Part shown: positions 43,164 to 60,676 of the stretch, in pieces
Layout: each line of letters opens with the position of its first letter
How positions within the stretch are numbered: the stretch's first letter is position 1
Assembly (NCBI GenBank): GCA_964016885.1
Contig: OZ024743.1
Location: forward strand, 296,422,001-296,486,000
Length of the DNA stretch: 64,000 bases
Reading direction: 5' to 3'
Origin: Eledone cirrhosa
Taxonomy: Eukaryota
Position numbers and translations under genes: made by a program
Notes under the pieces: generated by a model
Seen by the model: the letters and a program-made list of their open reading frames with translations, nothing else
The model's database searches: none
What the model was told of the DNA's origin: nothing

Positions 43164-44496
43164 AAAAATGTATAAACCATTCTAATATATATATTACCTG
43201 TACAGGTAATCAAAGTGTGTATACATTTTTCGGGAACACCATATATATATATAGCGGGGTCCCTAAAAATGTATACGCCATTCTAATATATATATTGCCT
43301 GTACAGGTAATGAAAGGGAGTATACATTTTTCCGGGACACCATAAATATATATATATATATACCGGTGTCCCTAAAAATGTATACACCATTCTAATATAT
43401 ATATATTGCCTGTACAGGTAATCAAAGTGTGTATACATTTTTCGGGGAGACCATATATATATATACCAGGGTGCCTAAAAATGTATACACCATTCTAATA
43501 TATATATTGCCTGTACAGTTAATCAAAGTGTGTATACATTTTTCGGGGACACCATATATATATACCAGGGTCCCTAAAAATGTATACACCATTCTAATAT
43601 ATATATTGCCTGTACAGGTAATCAAAGTATGTATACACTTTTCGGGAACACCATATATATATATACCGGGGTCCCTAAAAATGTATACACCATTCTAATA
43701 TATATATTGCCTGTACAAGTAATCAAAGTGTGTATACATTTTTCGGGGATACCATATATATATATACCAGTGTCCCTAAAAATGTATACACCATTCTAAT
43801 ATATATATTGCCTGTACAGATAATCAAAGTGTGTATACATTTTTCGGGGACACCATATATATATATACCGGTGTCCCTAAAAATGTATACACCATTCTAA
43901 TATATATATTGCCTGTACAGGTAATCAAAGTGTGTATACATTTTTCGGGGACACCATATATATATATATATATATACCGGGGTCCCTAAAAATGTATACA
44001 CCATTCTAATATATATATTGCCTGTACAGATAATCAAAGTGTGTATACATTTTTCGGGGACACCATATATATATATATATATAACGGGGTCCCTAAAAAT
44101 GTATACACCATTCTAATATATATATTGCCTGTACAGGTAATCAAAGTGTGTATACATTTTTCGGGGACACCATATATATATATATATATACCGGGGTCCC
44201 TAAAAATGTATACACCATTCTAATATATATATTGCCTGTACAGGTAATCAAAGTGTGTATACATTTTTCGGGGACACCATATATATATATATATATATAT
44301 ATATACCGGGGTCCCTAAAAATGTATACACCATTCTAATATATATATTCCTGTACAGGTAATCAAAGTGTGTATCCATTTTTCGAGGACACCATATATAT
44401 ATACCGGGGTCCCTAAAAATGTATACACTATTCTAATATGTATATTATCTGTACAGGTAATCAAAGTGTGTATACATTTTTACGGGACACCATATA

Positions 44497-44554
<58 letters not shown>

Positions 44555-46527
44555 GGGGTCCCTAAAAATGTATACACCATTCTAATATATATATTACTTG
44601 TACTGATAATCAAAGTGTGTATACATTTTTCGGGGACACCATATATATACCGGCGTCCCTAAAAATGTATACACCATTCTAATATATATATTGCCTGTAC
44701 AGGTAATCAAAGTGTGTATACATTTTTCGGGGACACCATATATGTATATATATACTGGGGTCCCTAAAAATGTATACACCATTCTAATATATATATTGCC
44801 TGTACAGATAATCAAAGTATGTATACATTTTTCGGGGACACCATATATATATATATATATATATACCGGGGTCCCTAAAAACGTATGCAACATTCTAATA
44901 TATATATTGCCTGTACAACTAATCAAAGTGTGTATACATTTTTCGGGGACACCATATATATATATATATACCGGGGTCCCTAAAAATGTATACACCATTC
45001 TAATATATATATTGCCTGTACAAGTAATCAAAGTGTGTATACATTTTTCGGAGACACCATATATATATATACCGGTGACCCTAAAAATGTATACACCATT
45101 CTAAGATATATATTACCTGTACAGGTAATCAAAGTGTGTATACATTTTTCGGGGATACCGTATATATATATATATATATATATACCGGGGTCCCTAAAAA
45201 TGTATACACCATTCTAATATATATATAGCCTGTACAGATAATCAAACTGTGTATACATTTTTCGGGGACACCATATAAACATATACCGGGGTCCCTAAAA
45301 ATGTATACACCATTCTAATATATATATTGCCTGTACAGGTAATCAAAGTGTGTAAAAAATTTTCGGGGACACCATATATATATATATACCGGGGACCCTA
45401 AAAATGTATACACCATTCTAATATATATATTGCCTGTACAGGTAATCAAAGTGTTTATACATTTTTCGGGGACACCAGATATATATATATATATACCGGG
45501 GTCCCTAAAAATGTATACACCATTCTAATATATATATTGCCTGTACAGGTAATCAAAGTGTGTATACGTTTTTCGGGGACACCATATATATACCGGGGTC
45601 AATAAAAATGTATACACCATTCTAATATATATATTGCCGGTACAGGTAATCAAAGTGTGTATACATTTTTCGGGGACACCATATATATATATACCGGTGT
45701 CCCTAAAAATGTATACACCATTCTAATATATATATATATGGCCTGTACAGGTAATCAAAGTGTGTATACATTTTTCGGGGACACCATATATATATATATA
45801 CCGGGGTCCCTAAAAATGTATACACCATTCTAATATATATTGCCTGTACAGATAATCAAAATGTGTATACATTTTTCGGGGACACCATATATATATATAT
45901 ATATATATATACCGGGGTCCCTAAAAATGTATACACCATTCTAATATATATATTGCCTGTACAGTTAATCAAAGTGTGTATGCATTTTTCGGGGACACAC
46001 ATATATATATATATATATATACCGGGGTCCCTAAAAATGTATACACCATTCTAATATATATATTGACTTTACAGATAATCAAAGTGTGTATACATTTTTC
46101 GGGGACACCATATATATATATACCAGGGTGCCTAAAAATGTATACACCATTCTAATATATATATTGCCTGTACAGGTAATCCAAGTGTGTATACATTTTT
46201 CGGGAACACCATATATATATATATACCGGGGTCCCTAAAAATGTATAAACCATTCTAATATATATATTGCCTGTACAGATAATCAAAATGTGTATACATT
46301 TTTCGGGGACACCATATATATATATATATACCGGTGTCCCTAAAAATGTATACACCATTCTAATATATATATATATGGCCTGTACAGGTAATCAAAGTGT
46401 GTATACATTTTTCGGGGACACCATATATATATATATATACCGGGGTCCCTAAAAATGTATACACCATTCTAATATATATATTGCCTGTACAGATAATCAA
46501 AATGTGTATACATTTTTCGGGGACACC

Positions 46528-46562
<35 letters not shown>

Positions 46563-47261
46563 TACCGGGGTCCCTAAAAATGTATACACCATTCTAATAT
46601 ATATATTGCCTGTACAGTTAATCAAAGTGTGTATACATTTTTCGGGGAGACACATATATATATATATATATACCGGGGTCCCTAAAAATGTATACACCAT
46701 TCTAATATATATATTGACTTTACAGATAATCAAAGTGTGTATACATTTTTCGGGGACACCATATATATATATACCAGGGTGCCTAAAAATGTATAAACCA
46801 TTCTAATATATATATTGCCTGTACAGGTAATCAAAGTGTGTATACATTTTTCGGGGACACCATATATATACCGGGGTCCCTAAAAATGTATACACCATTC
46901 TAAATATATATTGCCTGTACAGGTAATCAAAGTGTGTATACATTTTTCGGGGACACCATATATATACCGGGGTCAATAAAAATGTATACACCATTCTAAT
47001 ATATATATTGCCGGTACAGGTAATCAAAGTGTGTATACATTTTTCGGGGACACCATATATATATATACCGGTGTCCCTAAAAATGTATACACCATTCTAA
47101 TATATATATTGCCTGTACAGATAATCAAAATGTGTATACATTTTTCGGGGACACCATATATATATATATATATATATACCGGGGTCCCTAAAAATGTATA
47201 CACCATTCTAATATATATATTGCCTGTACAGTTAATCAAAGTGTGTATACATTTTTCGGGG

Positions 47262-47292
<31 letters not shown>

Positions 47293-49809
47293 CCGGGGTC
47301 CCTAAAAACGTATACACCATTCTAATATATATATTGCCTGTACAGGTAATCCAAGTGTGTATACATTTTTCGGGAACACCATATATATATATATACCGGG
47401 GTCCCTAAAAATGTATACACCATTCTAAATATATATTGCCTGTACAGGTAATCAAAGTGTGTATACATATTTCGGGGACACCATATATATATATATATAT
47501 ATCTATATATATATATATATATATATATATAGATATATATATATATATATATGGTGTCCCCGAAATATTGCCTGTACAGTTAATCAAAGTGTGTATACAT
47601 TTTTCGGGGAGACACATATATATATATATATATACCGGGGTCCCTAAAAATGTATACACCATTCTAATATATATATTGACTTTACAGATAATCAAAGTGT
47701 GTATACATTTTTCGGGGACACCATATATATATATACCAGGGTGCCTAAAAATGTATAAACCATTCTAATATATATATTGCCGGTACAGGTAATCAAAGTG
47801 TGTATACATTTTCCGGGGACACCATATATATATATACCGGTGCCCCTAAAAATGTATACACCATTCTAATATATATATATATTGCCTGTACAGGTAATCA
47901 AAGTGTGTATACATTTTTCGGGGACACCATATATATATATATATATATACCGGGGTCCCTAAAAATGTATACACCATTCTAATATATATATTGCCTGTAC
48001 AGATAATCAAAATGTGTATACATTTTTCGGGGACACCATATATATATATATATATATATATATACCGGGGTCCCTAAAAATGTGTACACCATTCTAATAT
48101 ATATATTGACTTTACAGATAATCAAAGTGTGTATACATTTTTCGGGGACACCATATATATATATAACGGTGTCCCAAAAATGTATACATTATTCTAATAT
48201 ATATATTGCCTGTACAGGTAATCAAAGTGTGTATACATTTTTCGGGGACACCATATATATATATATAACGGTGTCCCTAAAGATGTATACACCATTCTAA
48301 TATATATATTGCCTGTACAGGTAATCAAAGTGTGTATACATTTTTCCGGGACACCATATATATATATATATATATACCGGTGTCCCTAAAAATGTATACA
48401 CCATTCTAATATATATATATTGCCGGTACAGGTAATCAATGTGTGTATACATTTTTCGGGGACACCAGATATATATATACCGGGGTCCCTAAAAATGTAT
48501 ACACCATTCTAATATATATATTGCCTGTACAGGTAATCAAAGAGTGTATACATTTTTCGGGGACACCATATATATATATATATAAATACAGGGGTCCCAA
48601 AAAATGTATACACCATTCTAATATATATATTGCCTGTACAGGTAATCAAAGTATGTATACATTTTTCGGGGACACCATATATATATATATACCGGGTTCC
48701 CTAAAAATGTATACACCATTCTAATATATATGTTGCCTGTACAAGTAATCAAAGTGTGTATACATTTTTCGGGGACACCATATATATATATAACGGTGTC
48801 CCAAAAATGTATACACCATTCTAATATATATATTGCCTGTACAGGTAATCAAAGTGTGTATACATTTTTCGAGGACACCATATATATATACCGGGGTCCC
48901 TAAAAATGTATACACTATTCTAATATGTATATTATCTGTACAGGTAATCAAAGTGTGTATACATTTTTCGGGGACACCATATATATATATACCGGTGTCC
49001 CTAAAAATGTATACACCATTCTAATATATATATTGCCTGTACAAGTATTCAAAGTGTGTATACATTTTTCGGGGACACCATATATATATATACCGGTGTC
49101 CCTAAAAATGTATACACCATTCTAATATATATATTGCCTGTACAGGTAATCAAAGTGTGTATACATTTTTCGGGGACACCATATATATATATATATATAT
49201 ATATATACCGGTTTCCCTAAAAATGTATACACCATTCTAATATATATATTACTTGTACTGATAATCAAAGTGTGTATACATTTTTCGTGTGCACCATATA
49301 TATACCGGCGTCATTAAAAATGTATACACCGTTCTAATATATATATTGACTGTACAGGTAATCAAAGTGTGTATACATTTTTCGGGGACACCATATATGT
49401 ATATATATACCGGGGTCCCTAAAAATGTATACACCATTCTAATATATATATTGCCTGTACAGATAATCAAAGTGTGTAAACATTTTTCGGGGACACCATA
49501 TATATATATATGCCGGATCCCTAAAAATGTATACACCATTCTAATATATATATTGCCTGTACAGGTAATCAAAGTGTGTATACATTTTTCGGGGACACCA
49601 TATATATATATACCGGTGTCCCTAAAAATGTATACACCATTCTAATATATATACATATTGCCTGTACAGGTAATCAAAGTGTGTATACATTTTTCGGGGA
49701 CACCATATATATATATATATATACCGGGGTCCCTAAAAATGTATACACCATTCTAATATATATATTGCCTGTACAGATAATCAAAATGTGTATACATTTT
49801 TCGGGGACA

Positions 49810-49844
<35 letters not shown>

Positions 49845-49925
49845 GGGGTCCCTAAAAATGTATACACCATTCTAAAATATATATTGCCTGTACAGTTAAT
49901 CAAAGTGTGTATACACTTTTCGGGG

Positions 49926-49962
<37 letters not shown>

Positions 49963-50447
49963 GGGGTCCCTAAAAATGTATACACCATTGTAATATATAT
50001 ATTGAATTTACAGATAATCAAAGTGTGTATACATTTTTCGGGGACACAATATATATATATACCAGGGTCCCTAAAAATGTATACACCATTCTAATATATA
50101 TATTGCCTGTACAGGTAATCAAAGTGTGTATACATTTTTCGGGAACACCATATATATATATATACCGGGGTCCCTAAAAATGTATAAACCATTCTAATAT
50201 ATATATTGCCTGTACAGGTAATCAAAGTGTGTACACATTTTTCGGGGACACCATATATATACCGGGGTCCCTAAAAATGTATACACCATTCTAAATATAT
50301 ATTGCCTGTACAGGTAATCAAAGTGTGTATACATTTTTCGGGGACACCATATTTATATATACCGCTGTCCCTAAAAATGTATACACCATTCTAATATATA
50401 TCTTGCCTGTACAGGTAATCGAAGTGTGTATACATATTTCGGGGACA

Positions 50448-50502
<55 letters not shown>

Positions 50503-51411
50503 GGGGTCCCTAAAAATGTATACACCATTCTAATATATATATTGCCTGTACAGGTAATCAAAGTGTGTATACATTTTTCGGGGACACCATATATATATTC
50601 CAGGGTCCCTAAAAGTGTATACACCATTCTAATATATATATTGCCTATACAGGTAATCAAAGTATGTATACATTTTTCGGGGACACCATATATATATATA
50701 TACTGAGTTCCCTAAAAATGTATGCACCATTCTAATATATATGTTGCCTGTACAAGTAATCAAAGTGTGTATACATTTTTCGGGGACACCATATATATAT
50801 ATACCGGTGTCCCTAAAAGTGTATACACCATTCTAATATATATATTGCCTGTACAGGTAATCAAAGTGTGTATACATTTTTCGGGGACACCATATATATA
50901 TATATATATATATATACCGGGTTCCCTAAAAATGTATACACCATTCTAATATATATATTACTTGTACTGATAATCAAAGTGTGTATACATTTTTCGTGTG
51001 CACCATATATATACCGGCGTCATTAAAAATGTATACACCGTTCTAATATATATATTGACTGTACAGGTAATCAAAGTGTGTATACATTTTTCGGGGACAC
51101 CATATATGTATATATATACCGGGGTCCCTAAAAATGTATACACCATTCTAATATATATATTGCCTGTACAGATAATCAAAGTGTGTAAACATTTTTCGGG
51201 GACACCATATATATATATATGCCGGGGTCCCTAAAAATGTATACACCATTCTAATATATATATTGCCTGTACAGGTAATCAAAGTGTGTATACATTTTTC
51301 GGGGACACCATATATATATATATATATACCGGGGTCCCTAAAAATGTATACACCATTCTAATATATATATTGCCTGCACAGTTAATCAAAGTGTGTATAC
51401 ACTTTTCGGGG

Positions 51412-51452
<41 letters not shown>

Positions 51453-51837
51453 GGGGTCCCTAAAAATGTATACACCATTGTAATATATATATTGAATTTA
51501 CAGATAATCAAAGTGTGTATACATTTTTCGGGGACACAATATATATATATACCAGGGTCCCTAAAAATGTATACACCATTCTAATATATATATTGCCTGT
51601 ACAGGTAATCAAAGTGTGTATACATTTTTCGGGAACACCATATATATATATATACCGGGGTCCCTAAAAATGTATAAACCATTCTAATATATATATTGCC
51701 TGTACAGGTAATCAAAGTGTGTATATATTTTTCGGGGACACCATATATATACCGGGGTCCTTAAAAATGTATACACCATTCTAATATATATCTTGCCTGT
51801 ACAGGTAATCCAAGTGTGTATACATATTTCGGGGACA

Positions 51838-51878
<41 letters not shown>

Positions 51879-52898
51879 GGGGTCCCTAAAAATGTATACA
51901 CCATTCTAATATATATATTGCCTGTACAGGTAATCAAAGTGTGTATACATTTTTCGGGGACACCATATATATATACCAGGGTCCCTAAAAGTGTATACAC
52001 CATTCTAATATATATATTGCCTATACAGGTAATCAAAGTATGTATACATTTTTCGGGGACACCATATATATATATAACGGTGTCCCAAAAATGTATACAC
52101 CATTCTAATATATATATTGCCTGTACTAGTATTCAAAGTGTGTATACATTTTTCGGGGACACCATTTATATATATATACCGGTGTCCCTAAAAATGTATA
52201 CACCATTCTAATATATATATTGCCTGTACAGGTAATCAAAGTGTGTATACATTTTTCGGGGACACCATATATATATATATATATATATATATACCGGGTT
52301 CCCTAAAAATGTATACACCATTCTAATATATATATTACTTGTACTGATAATCAAAGTGTGTATACATTTTTCGTGTGCACCATAAATATACCGGCGTCCC
52401 TAAAAATGTATACACCGTTCTAATATATATATTGACTGTACAGGTAATCAAAGTGTGTATACATTTTTCGGGGACACCATATATGTATATATATACCGGG
52501 GTCCCTAAAAATGTATACACCATTCTAATATATATATTGCCTGTACAGATAATCAGAGTGTGTAAACATATTTCGGGGACACCATATATATATATATATA
52601 TACCGGGGTCCCTAAAAATGTATACACCATTCTAATATATATATTGCCTGTACAGCTAATCAAAGTGTGTATACATTTTTCGGGGACACCATATTTATAT
52701 ATATATACCGGGGTCCCTAAAAATGTATACACCATTCTAATATATATGTTGCCTGTACAGGTAATCAAAGTGTGTATACATTTTTCGGGGACACCATATA
52801 TATATATACCGGTGTCCCTAAAAATGTATACACCATTCTAATATATATACATATTGCCTGTACAGATAATCAAAATGTGTATACATTTTTCGGGGACA

Positions 52899-52935
<37 letters not shown>

Positions 52936-53016
52936 GGGGTCCCTAAAAATGTATACACCATTCTAATATATATATTGCCTGTACAGTTAATCAAAGTGTG
53001 TATACACTTTTCGGGG

Positions 53017-53047
<31 letters not shown>

Positions 53048-53443
53048 CCGGGGTCCCTAAAAATGTATACACCATTGTAATATATATATTGAATTTACAG
53101 ATAATCAAAGTGTGTATACATTTTTCGGGGAGTCAATATATATATATACCAGGGTCCCTAAAAATGTATACACCATTCTAATATATATATTGCCTGTACA
53201 GGTAATCAAAGTGTGTATACATTTTTCGGGAACACCATATATATATATATATATATATATACCGGGGTCCCTAAACATGTATAAACCATTCTAATATATA
53301 TATTGCCTGCACAGGTAATCAAAGTGTGTATACATTTTTCGGGGACACCATATATATACCGGGGTCCCTAAAAATGTATACACCATTCTAAATATATATT
53401 GCCTGTACAGGTAATCAAAGTGTGTATACATTTTTCGGGGACA

Positions 53444-53484
<41 letters not shown>

Positions 53485-53770
53485 GGGGTCCCTAAAAATG
53501 TATACACCATTCTAATATATATATTGCCTGTACAGGTAATCAAAGTGTGTATACATTTTTCGGGGACACCATATATATATACCAGGGTCCCTAAAAGTGT
53601 ATACACCATGCTAATATATATATTGCCAGTACAGGTAATCAAAGTATGTATACATTTTTCGGGGACACCATATATATATATATACCGGGGTCCCTAAAAA
53701 TGTATACACCATTCTAATATATATATTGCCTGTACAGATAATCAAAATGTGTATACATTTTTCGGGGACA

Positions 53771-53803
<33 letters not shown>

Positions 53804-53884
53804 GGGGTCCCTAAAAATGTATACACCATTCTAATATATATATTGCCTGCACAGTTAATCAAAGTGTGTATACACTTTTCGGGG

Positions 53885-53925
<41 letters not shown>

Positions 53926-55464
53926 GGGGTCCCTAAAAATGTATACACCATTGTAATATATATATTGAATTTACAGATAATCAAAGTGTGTATACATTTT
54001 TCGGGGACACAATATATATATATACCAGGGTCCCTAAAAATGTATACACCATTCTAATATATATATTGCCTGTACAGGTAATCAAAGTGTGTATACATTT
54101 TTCGGGAACACCATATATATATATATACCGGGGTCCCTAAAAATGTATAAACCATTCTAATATATATATTGCCTGTACAGGTAATCAAAGTGTGTATATA
54201 TTTTTCGGGGACACCATATATATACCGGGGTCCCTAAAAATGTATACACCATTCTAATATATATCTTGCCTGTACAGGTAATCCAAGTGTGTATACATAT
54301 TTCGGGGACACCATATATATATATATATATATATATATACCGGGGTCCCTAAAAATGTATACACCATTCTAATATATATATTGCCTGTACAGGTAATCAA
54401 AGTGTGTATACATTTTTCGGGGACACCATATATATATACCAGGGTCCCTAAAAGTGTATACACCATTCTAATATATATATTGCCTATACAGGTAATCAAA
54501 GTATGTATACATTTTTCGGGGACACCATATATATATATATACCGAGTTCCCTAAAAATGTATGCACCATTCTAATATATATGTTGCCTGTACAAGTAATC
54601 AAAGTGTGTATACATTTTTCGGGGACACCATATATATATATAACGGTGTCCCAAAAATGTATACACCATTCTAATATATATATTGCCTGTACTAGTATTC
54701 AAAGTGTGTATACATTTTTCGGGGACACCATTTCTATATATATACCGGTGTCCCTAAAAATGTATACACCATTCTAATATATATATTGCCTGTACAGGTA
54801 ATCAAAGTGTGTATACATTTTTCGGGGACACCATATATATATATATATATATATATATACCGGGTTCCCTAAAAATGTATACACCATTCTAATATATATA
54901 TTACTTGTACTGATAATCAAAGTGTGTATACATTTTTCGTGTGCACCATATATATACCGGCGTCCCTAAAAATGTATACACCGTTCTAATATATATATTG
55001 ACTGTACAGGTAATCAAAGTGTGTATACATTTTTCGGGGACACCATATATGTATATATATACCGGGGTCCCTAAAAATGTATACACCATTCTAATATATA
55101 TATTGCCTGTACAGATAATCAGAGTGTGTAAACATATTTCGGGGACACCATATATATATATATATATACCGGGGTCCCTAAAAATGTATACACCATTCTA
55201 ATATATATATTGCCTGTACAGCTAATCAAAGTGTGTATACATTTTTCGGGGACACCATATTTATATATATATACCGGGGTCCCTAAAAATGTATACACCA
55301 TTCTAATATATATGTTGCCTGTACAGGTAATCAAAGTGTGTATACATTTTTCGGGGACACCATATATATATATACCGCTGTCCCTAAAAATGTATACACC
55401 ATTCTAATATATATACATATTGCCTGTACAGATAATCAAAATGTGTATACATTTTTCGGGGACA

Positions 55465-55503
<39 letters not shown>

Positions 55504-55584
55504 GGGGTCCCTAAAAATGTATACACCATTCTAATATATATATTGCCTGTACAGTTAATCAAAGTGTGTATACACTTTTCGGGG

Positions 55585-55615
<31 letters not shown>

Positions 55616-55908
55616 CCGGGGTCCCTAAAAATGTATACACCATTCTAATATATATATTGCCTGTACAGGTAATCAAAGTGTGTATACATTTTTCGGGAAC
55701 ACCATATATATATATATATATATATACCGGGGTCCCTAAACATGTATAAACCATTCTAATATATATATTGCCTGCACAGGTAATCAAAGTGTGTATACAT
55801 TTTTCGGGGACACCATATATATACCGGGGTCCCTAAAAATGTATACACCATTCTAAATATATATTGCCTGTGCAGGTAATCAAAGTGTGTATACATTTTT
55901 CGGGGACA

Positions 55909-55947
<39 letters not shown>

Positions 55948-58735
55948 GGGGTCCCTAAAAATGTATACACCATTCTAATATATATATTGCCTGTACAGGT
56001 AATCAAAGTGTGTATACATTTTTCGGGGACACCATATATATATACCAGGGTCCCTAAAAGTGTATACACCATGCTAATATATATATTGCCAGTACAGGTA
56101 ATCAAAGTATGTATACATTTTTCGGGGACACCATATATATATATATACCGGGTTCCCTAAAATGTATGCACCATTCTAATATATATGTTGCCTGTACAAG
56201 TAATCAAAGTGTGTATACATTTTTCGGGGACACCATATATATATATAACGGTGTCCTCAAAATGTATACACCATTCTAATATATATATTGCCTGTACAGG
56301 TAATCAAAGTGTGTATACATTTTTCGGGGATACCGTATACATATATATATATACCGGGGTCCCTAAAAATGTATACACCATTCTAATATATATATATTGC
56401 CTGTACAGATAATCAAAGTGTGTATAGATTTTTCGGGGACACCATATATATATACCGGGGTCAATAAAAATGTATACACCATTCTAATATATATATTGCC
56501 GGTACAGGTAATCAAAGTGTGTATACATTTTTCGGGGACACCATATATATATATATATATATATACCGGGGTCCCTAAAAATGTATACACCATTCTAATA
56601 TATATATTACTTGTACTGATAATCAAAGTGTGTATACATTTTTCGGGGACACCATATATATATATATATACCGGGGTCCCTAAAAACGTATACACCATTC
56701 TAATATATATATTGCCTGTACAGGTAATCAAAGTGTGTATACATTTTTCGGGGACACCTTATATATATATATATATACCGGGGTCCCTAAAAATGTATAC
56801 ACCATTCTAATATATATATTGCCTGTACAGGAAATCAAAGTGTGTATACATTTTTCGGGGACACCATATATATACCGGGGTCAATAAAAATGTATACACC
56901 ATTCTAATATATATATTCCCGGTACAGGTAATCAAAGTGTGTATAAATTTTTCGGGGACACCATATATATATATATACCGGTGTCCCTAAAAATGTATAC
57001 ACCATTCTAATATATATATATATTGCCTGTACAGGTAATCAAAGTGTGTATACATTTTTCGGGGACACCATACATATGTATATACCGGGGTCCCTAAAAA
57101 TGTATACACCATTCTAATATATATATTACCTGTTAAGATAATCAAAATGTGTATACATTTTTCGGGGACACCATATATATATATATATATATATATACCG
57201 GGGTCCCTAAAAATGTATACACCATTCTAATATATATATTGCCTGTACAGTTAATCAAAGTGTGTATACATTTTTCGGGGACACATATATATATATATAT
57301 ATATATACCGGGGTCCCTAAAAATGTATACACCATTCTAATATATATATTGACTTTACAGATAATCAAAGTGTGTATACATTTTTCGGGGACACCATATA
57401 TATATATATACCGGGTTCCCTAAAAATGTATACACCATTCTAATATATATGTTGCCTGTACAAGTATTCAAAGTGTGTATACATTTTTCGGGGACACCAT
57501 ATATATATATAACGGCGTCCCAAAAATGTATACACCATTCTAATATATATATTGCCTGTACAGGTAATCAAAGTGTGTATACATTTTTGGGGGACACCAT
57601 ATATATACCGGGGTCAATAAAAATGTATACACCATTCTAATATATATATTGCCTGTACAGGTAATCAAAGTGTGTATACATTTTTCCGGGACACCATATA
57701 TATATATATATATACCGGTGTCCCTAAAAATGTATACACCATTCTAATATATATATTGCCTGTACAGGTAATCAAAGTGTGTATACATTTTTGGGGGACA
57801 CCATATATATACCGGGGTCAATAAAAATGTATACACCATTCTAATATATATATTGCCGGTACAGGTAATCAAAGTGTGTATAAATTTTTCGGGGACACCA
57901 TATATATATATACCGGTGTCCCTAAAAATGTATACACCATTCTAATATATATACATATTGCCGGTACAGGTAATCAATGTGTGTATACATTTTTCGGGGA
58001 CACCAGATATATATATATATATATACCGGGGTCCCTAAAAATGTATACACCATTCTAATATATATATTGCCTGTACAGGTAATCAAAGAGTGTATACATT
58101 TTTCGGGGACACCATATATATATATATATATATACCGGGGTCCCTAAAAATGTATACACCATTCTAATATATATATTGCCTGTACAGTTAATCAAAGTGT
58201 GTATACATTTTTCGAGGACACATATATATATATATATATATATATACTGGGGTTCCTAAAAATGTATACACCATTCTAATATATATATTGACTTTACAGA
58301 TAATCAAAGTGTGTATACATTTTTCGGGGACACCATATATATATATATACCAGGGTCCCTAAAAATGTATACACCATTCTAATATATATATTGCCTGTAC
58401 AGGTAATCAAAGTGTGTATACATTTTTCGGGAACACCATATATATATATATACCGGGGTCCCTAAATAGGTATAAACCATTCTAATATATATATTGCCTG
58501 TACAGGTAATCAAAGTGTGTATACATTTTTCGGGGACACCATATATATACCGGGGTCCCTAAAAATGTATACACCATTCTAAATATATATTGCCTGTACA
58601 GGTAATCAAAGTGTGTATACATTTGTCGGGGACACCATATTTATATATACCGCTGTCCCTAAAAATGTATACACCATTCTAATATATATCTTGCCTGTAC
58701 AGGTAATCCAAGTGTGTATACATATTTCGGGGACA

Positions 58736-58772
<37 letters not shown>

Positions 58773-59072
58773 TATATACCGGGGTCCCTAAAAATGTATA
58801 CACCATTCTAATATATATATTGCCTGTACAGGTAATCAAAGTGTGTATACATTTTTCGGGGACACCATATATATATATATATACCAGGGTCCCTAAAAAT
58901 GTATACACCATTCTAATATACATATTGCCTGTACAGGTAATCAAAGTATGTATACATTTTTCGGGGACACCATATATATATATATACCGGGGTCCCTAAA
59001 AATGTATACACCATTCTAATATATATGTTGCCTGTACAAGTAATCAAAGTGTGTATACATTTTTCGGGGACT

Positions 59073-59107
<35 letters not shown>

Positions 59108-60643
59108 GGGGTCCCTAAAAATGTATACACCATTCTAATATATATATTGACTTTACAGATAATCAAAGTGTGTATACATTTTTCGGGGACACCATATATA
59201 TATATATATATACCGGGTTCCCTAAAAATGTATACACCATTCTAATATATATGTTGCCTGTACAAGTATTCAAAGTGTGTATACATTTTTCGGGGACACC
59301 ATATATATATATAACGGCGTCCCAAAAATGTATACACCATTCTAAAATATATATTGCCTGTACAGGTAATCAAAGTGTGTATACATTTTTCGGGGACACC
59401 ATATATATACCGGGGTCAATAAAAATGTATACACCATTCTAACATATATATTGCCGGTACAGGTAATCAAAGTGTGTATACATTTTTCGGGGACACCATA
59501 TATATATATATACCGGTGTCCCTAAAAATGTATACACCATTCTAATATATATATATATTGCCTGTAGAGGTAATCAAAGTGTGTATACATTTTTCGGGGA
59601 CACCATATATATATATATATACCGGGGTCCCTAAAAATGTATACACCATTCTAATATATATATTGCCTGTACAGATAATCAAAATGTGTATACATTTTTC
59701 CGGGACACCATATATATATATATATATACCGGGGTCCCTAAAAATGTATACACCATTCTAATATATATATTGACTTTACAGATAATCAAAGTGTGTATAC
59801 ATTTTTCGGGGACACCATATATATATATACCAGGGTCCCTAAAATTGTATACACCATTCTAATATATATATTGCCTGTACAGGTAATCAAAGTGTGTATA
59901 CATTTTTCGGGAACACCATATATATATATATACCGGGGTCCCTAAATAGGTATAAACCATTCTAATATATATATTGCCTGTACAGGTAATCAAAGTGTGT
60001 ATACATTTTTCGGGGACACCATATATATACCGGGGTCCCTAAAAATGTATACACCATTCTAAATATATATTGCCTGTACAGGTAATCAAAGTGTGTATAC
60101 ATTTGTCGGGGACACCATATTTATATATACCGCTGTCCCTAAAAATGTATACACCATTCTAATATATATCTTGCCTGTACAGGTAATCCAAGTGTGTATA
60201 CATATTTCGGGGACACCATATATATATATATATATATATAAATATATATACCGGGGTCCCTAAAAATGTATACACCATTCTAATATATATATTGCCTGTA
60301 CAGGTAATCAAAGTGTGTATACATTTTTCGGGGACACCATATATATATATATATACCCGGGTCCCTAAAAATGTATACACCATTCTAATATATATATTGC
60401 CTGTACAGGTATTCAAAGAGTGTATACATTTTTCGGGGACACCATATATATATACCAGGGTCCCTAAAAATGTATACACCATTCTAATATACATATTGCC
60501 TGTACAGGTAATCAAAGTATGTATACATTTTTCGGGGACACCATATATATATATATACCGGGGTCCCTAAAAATGTATACACCATTCTAATATATATGTT
60601 GCCTGTACAAGTAATCAAAGTGTGTATACATTTTTCGGGGACT

Positions 60644-60676
<33 letters not shown>

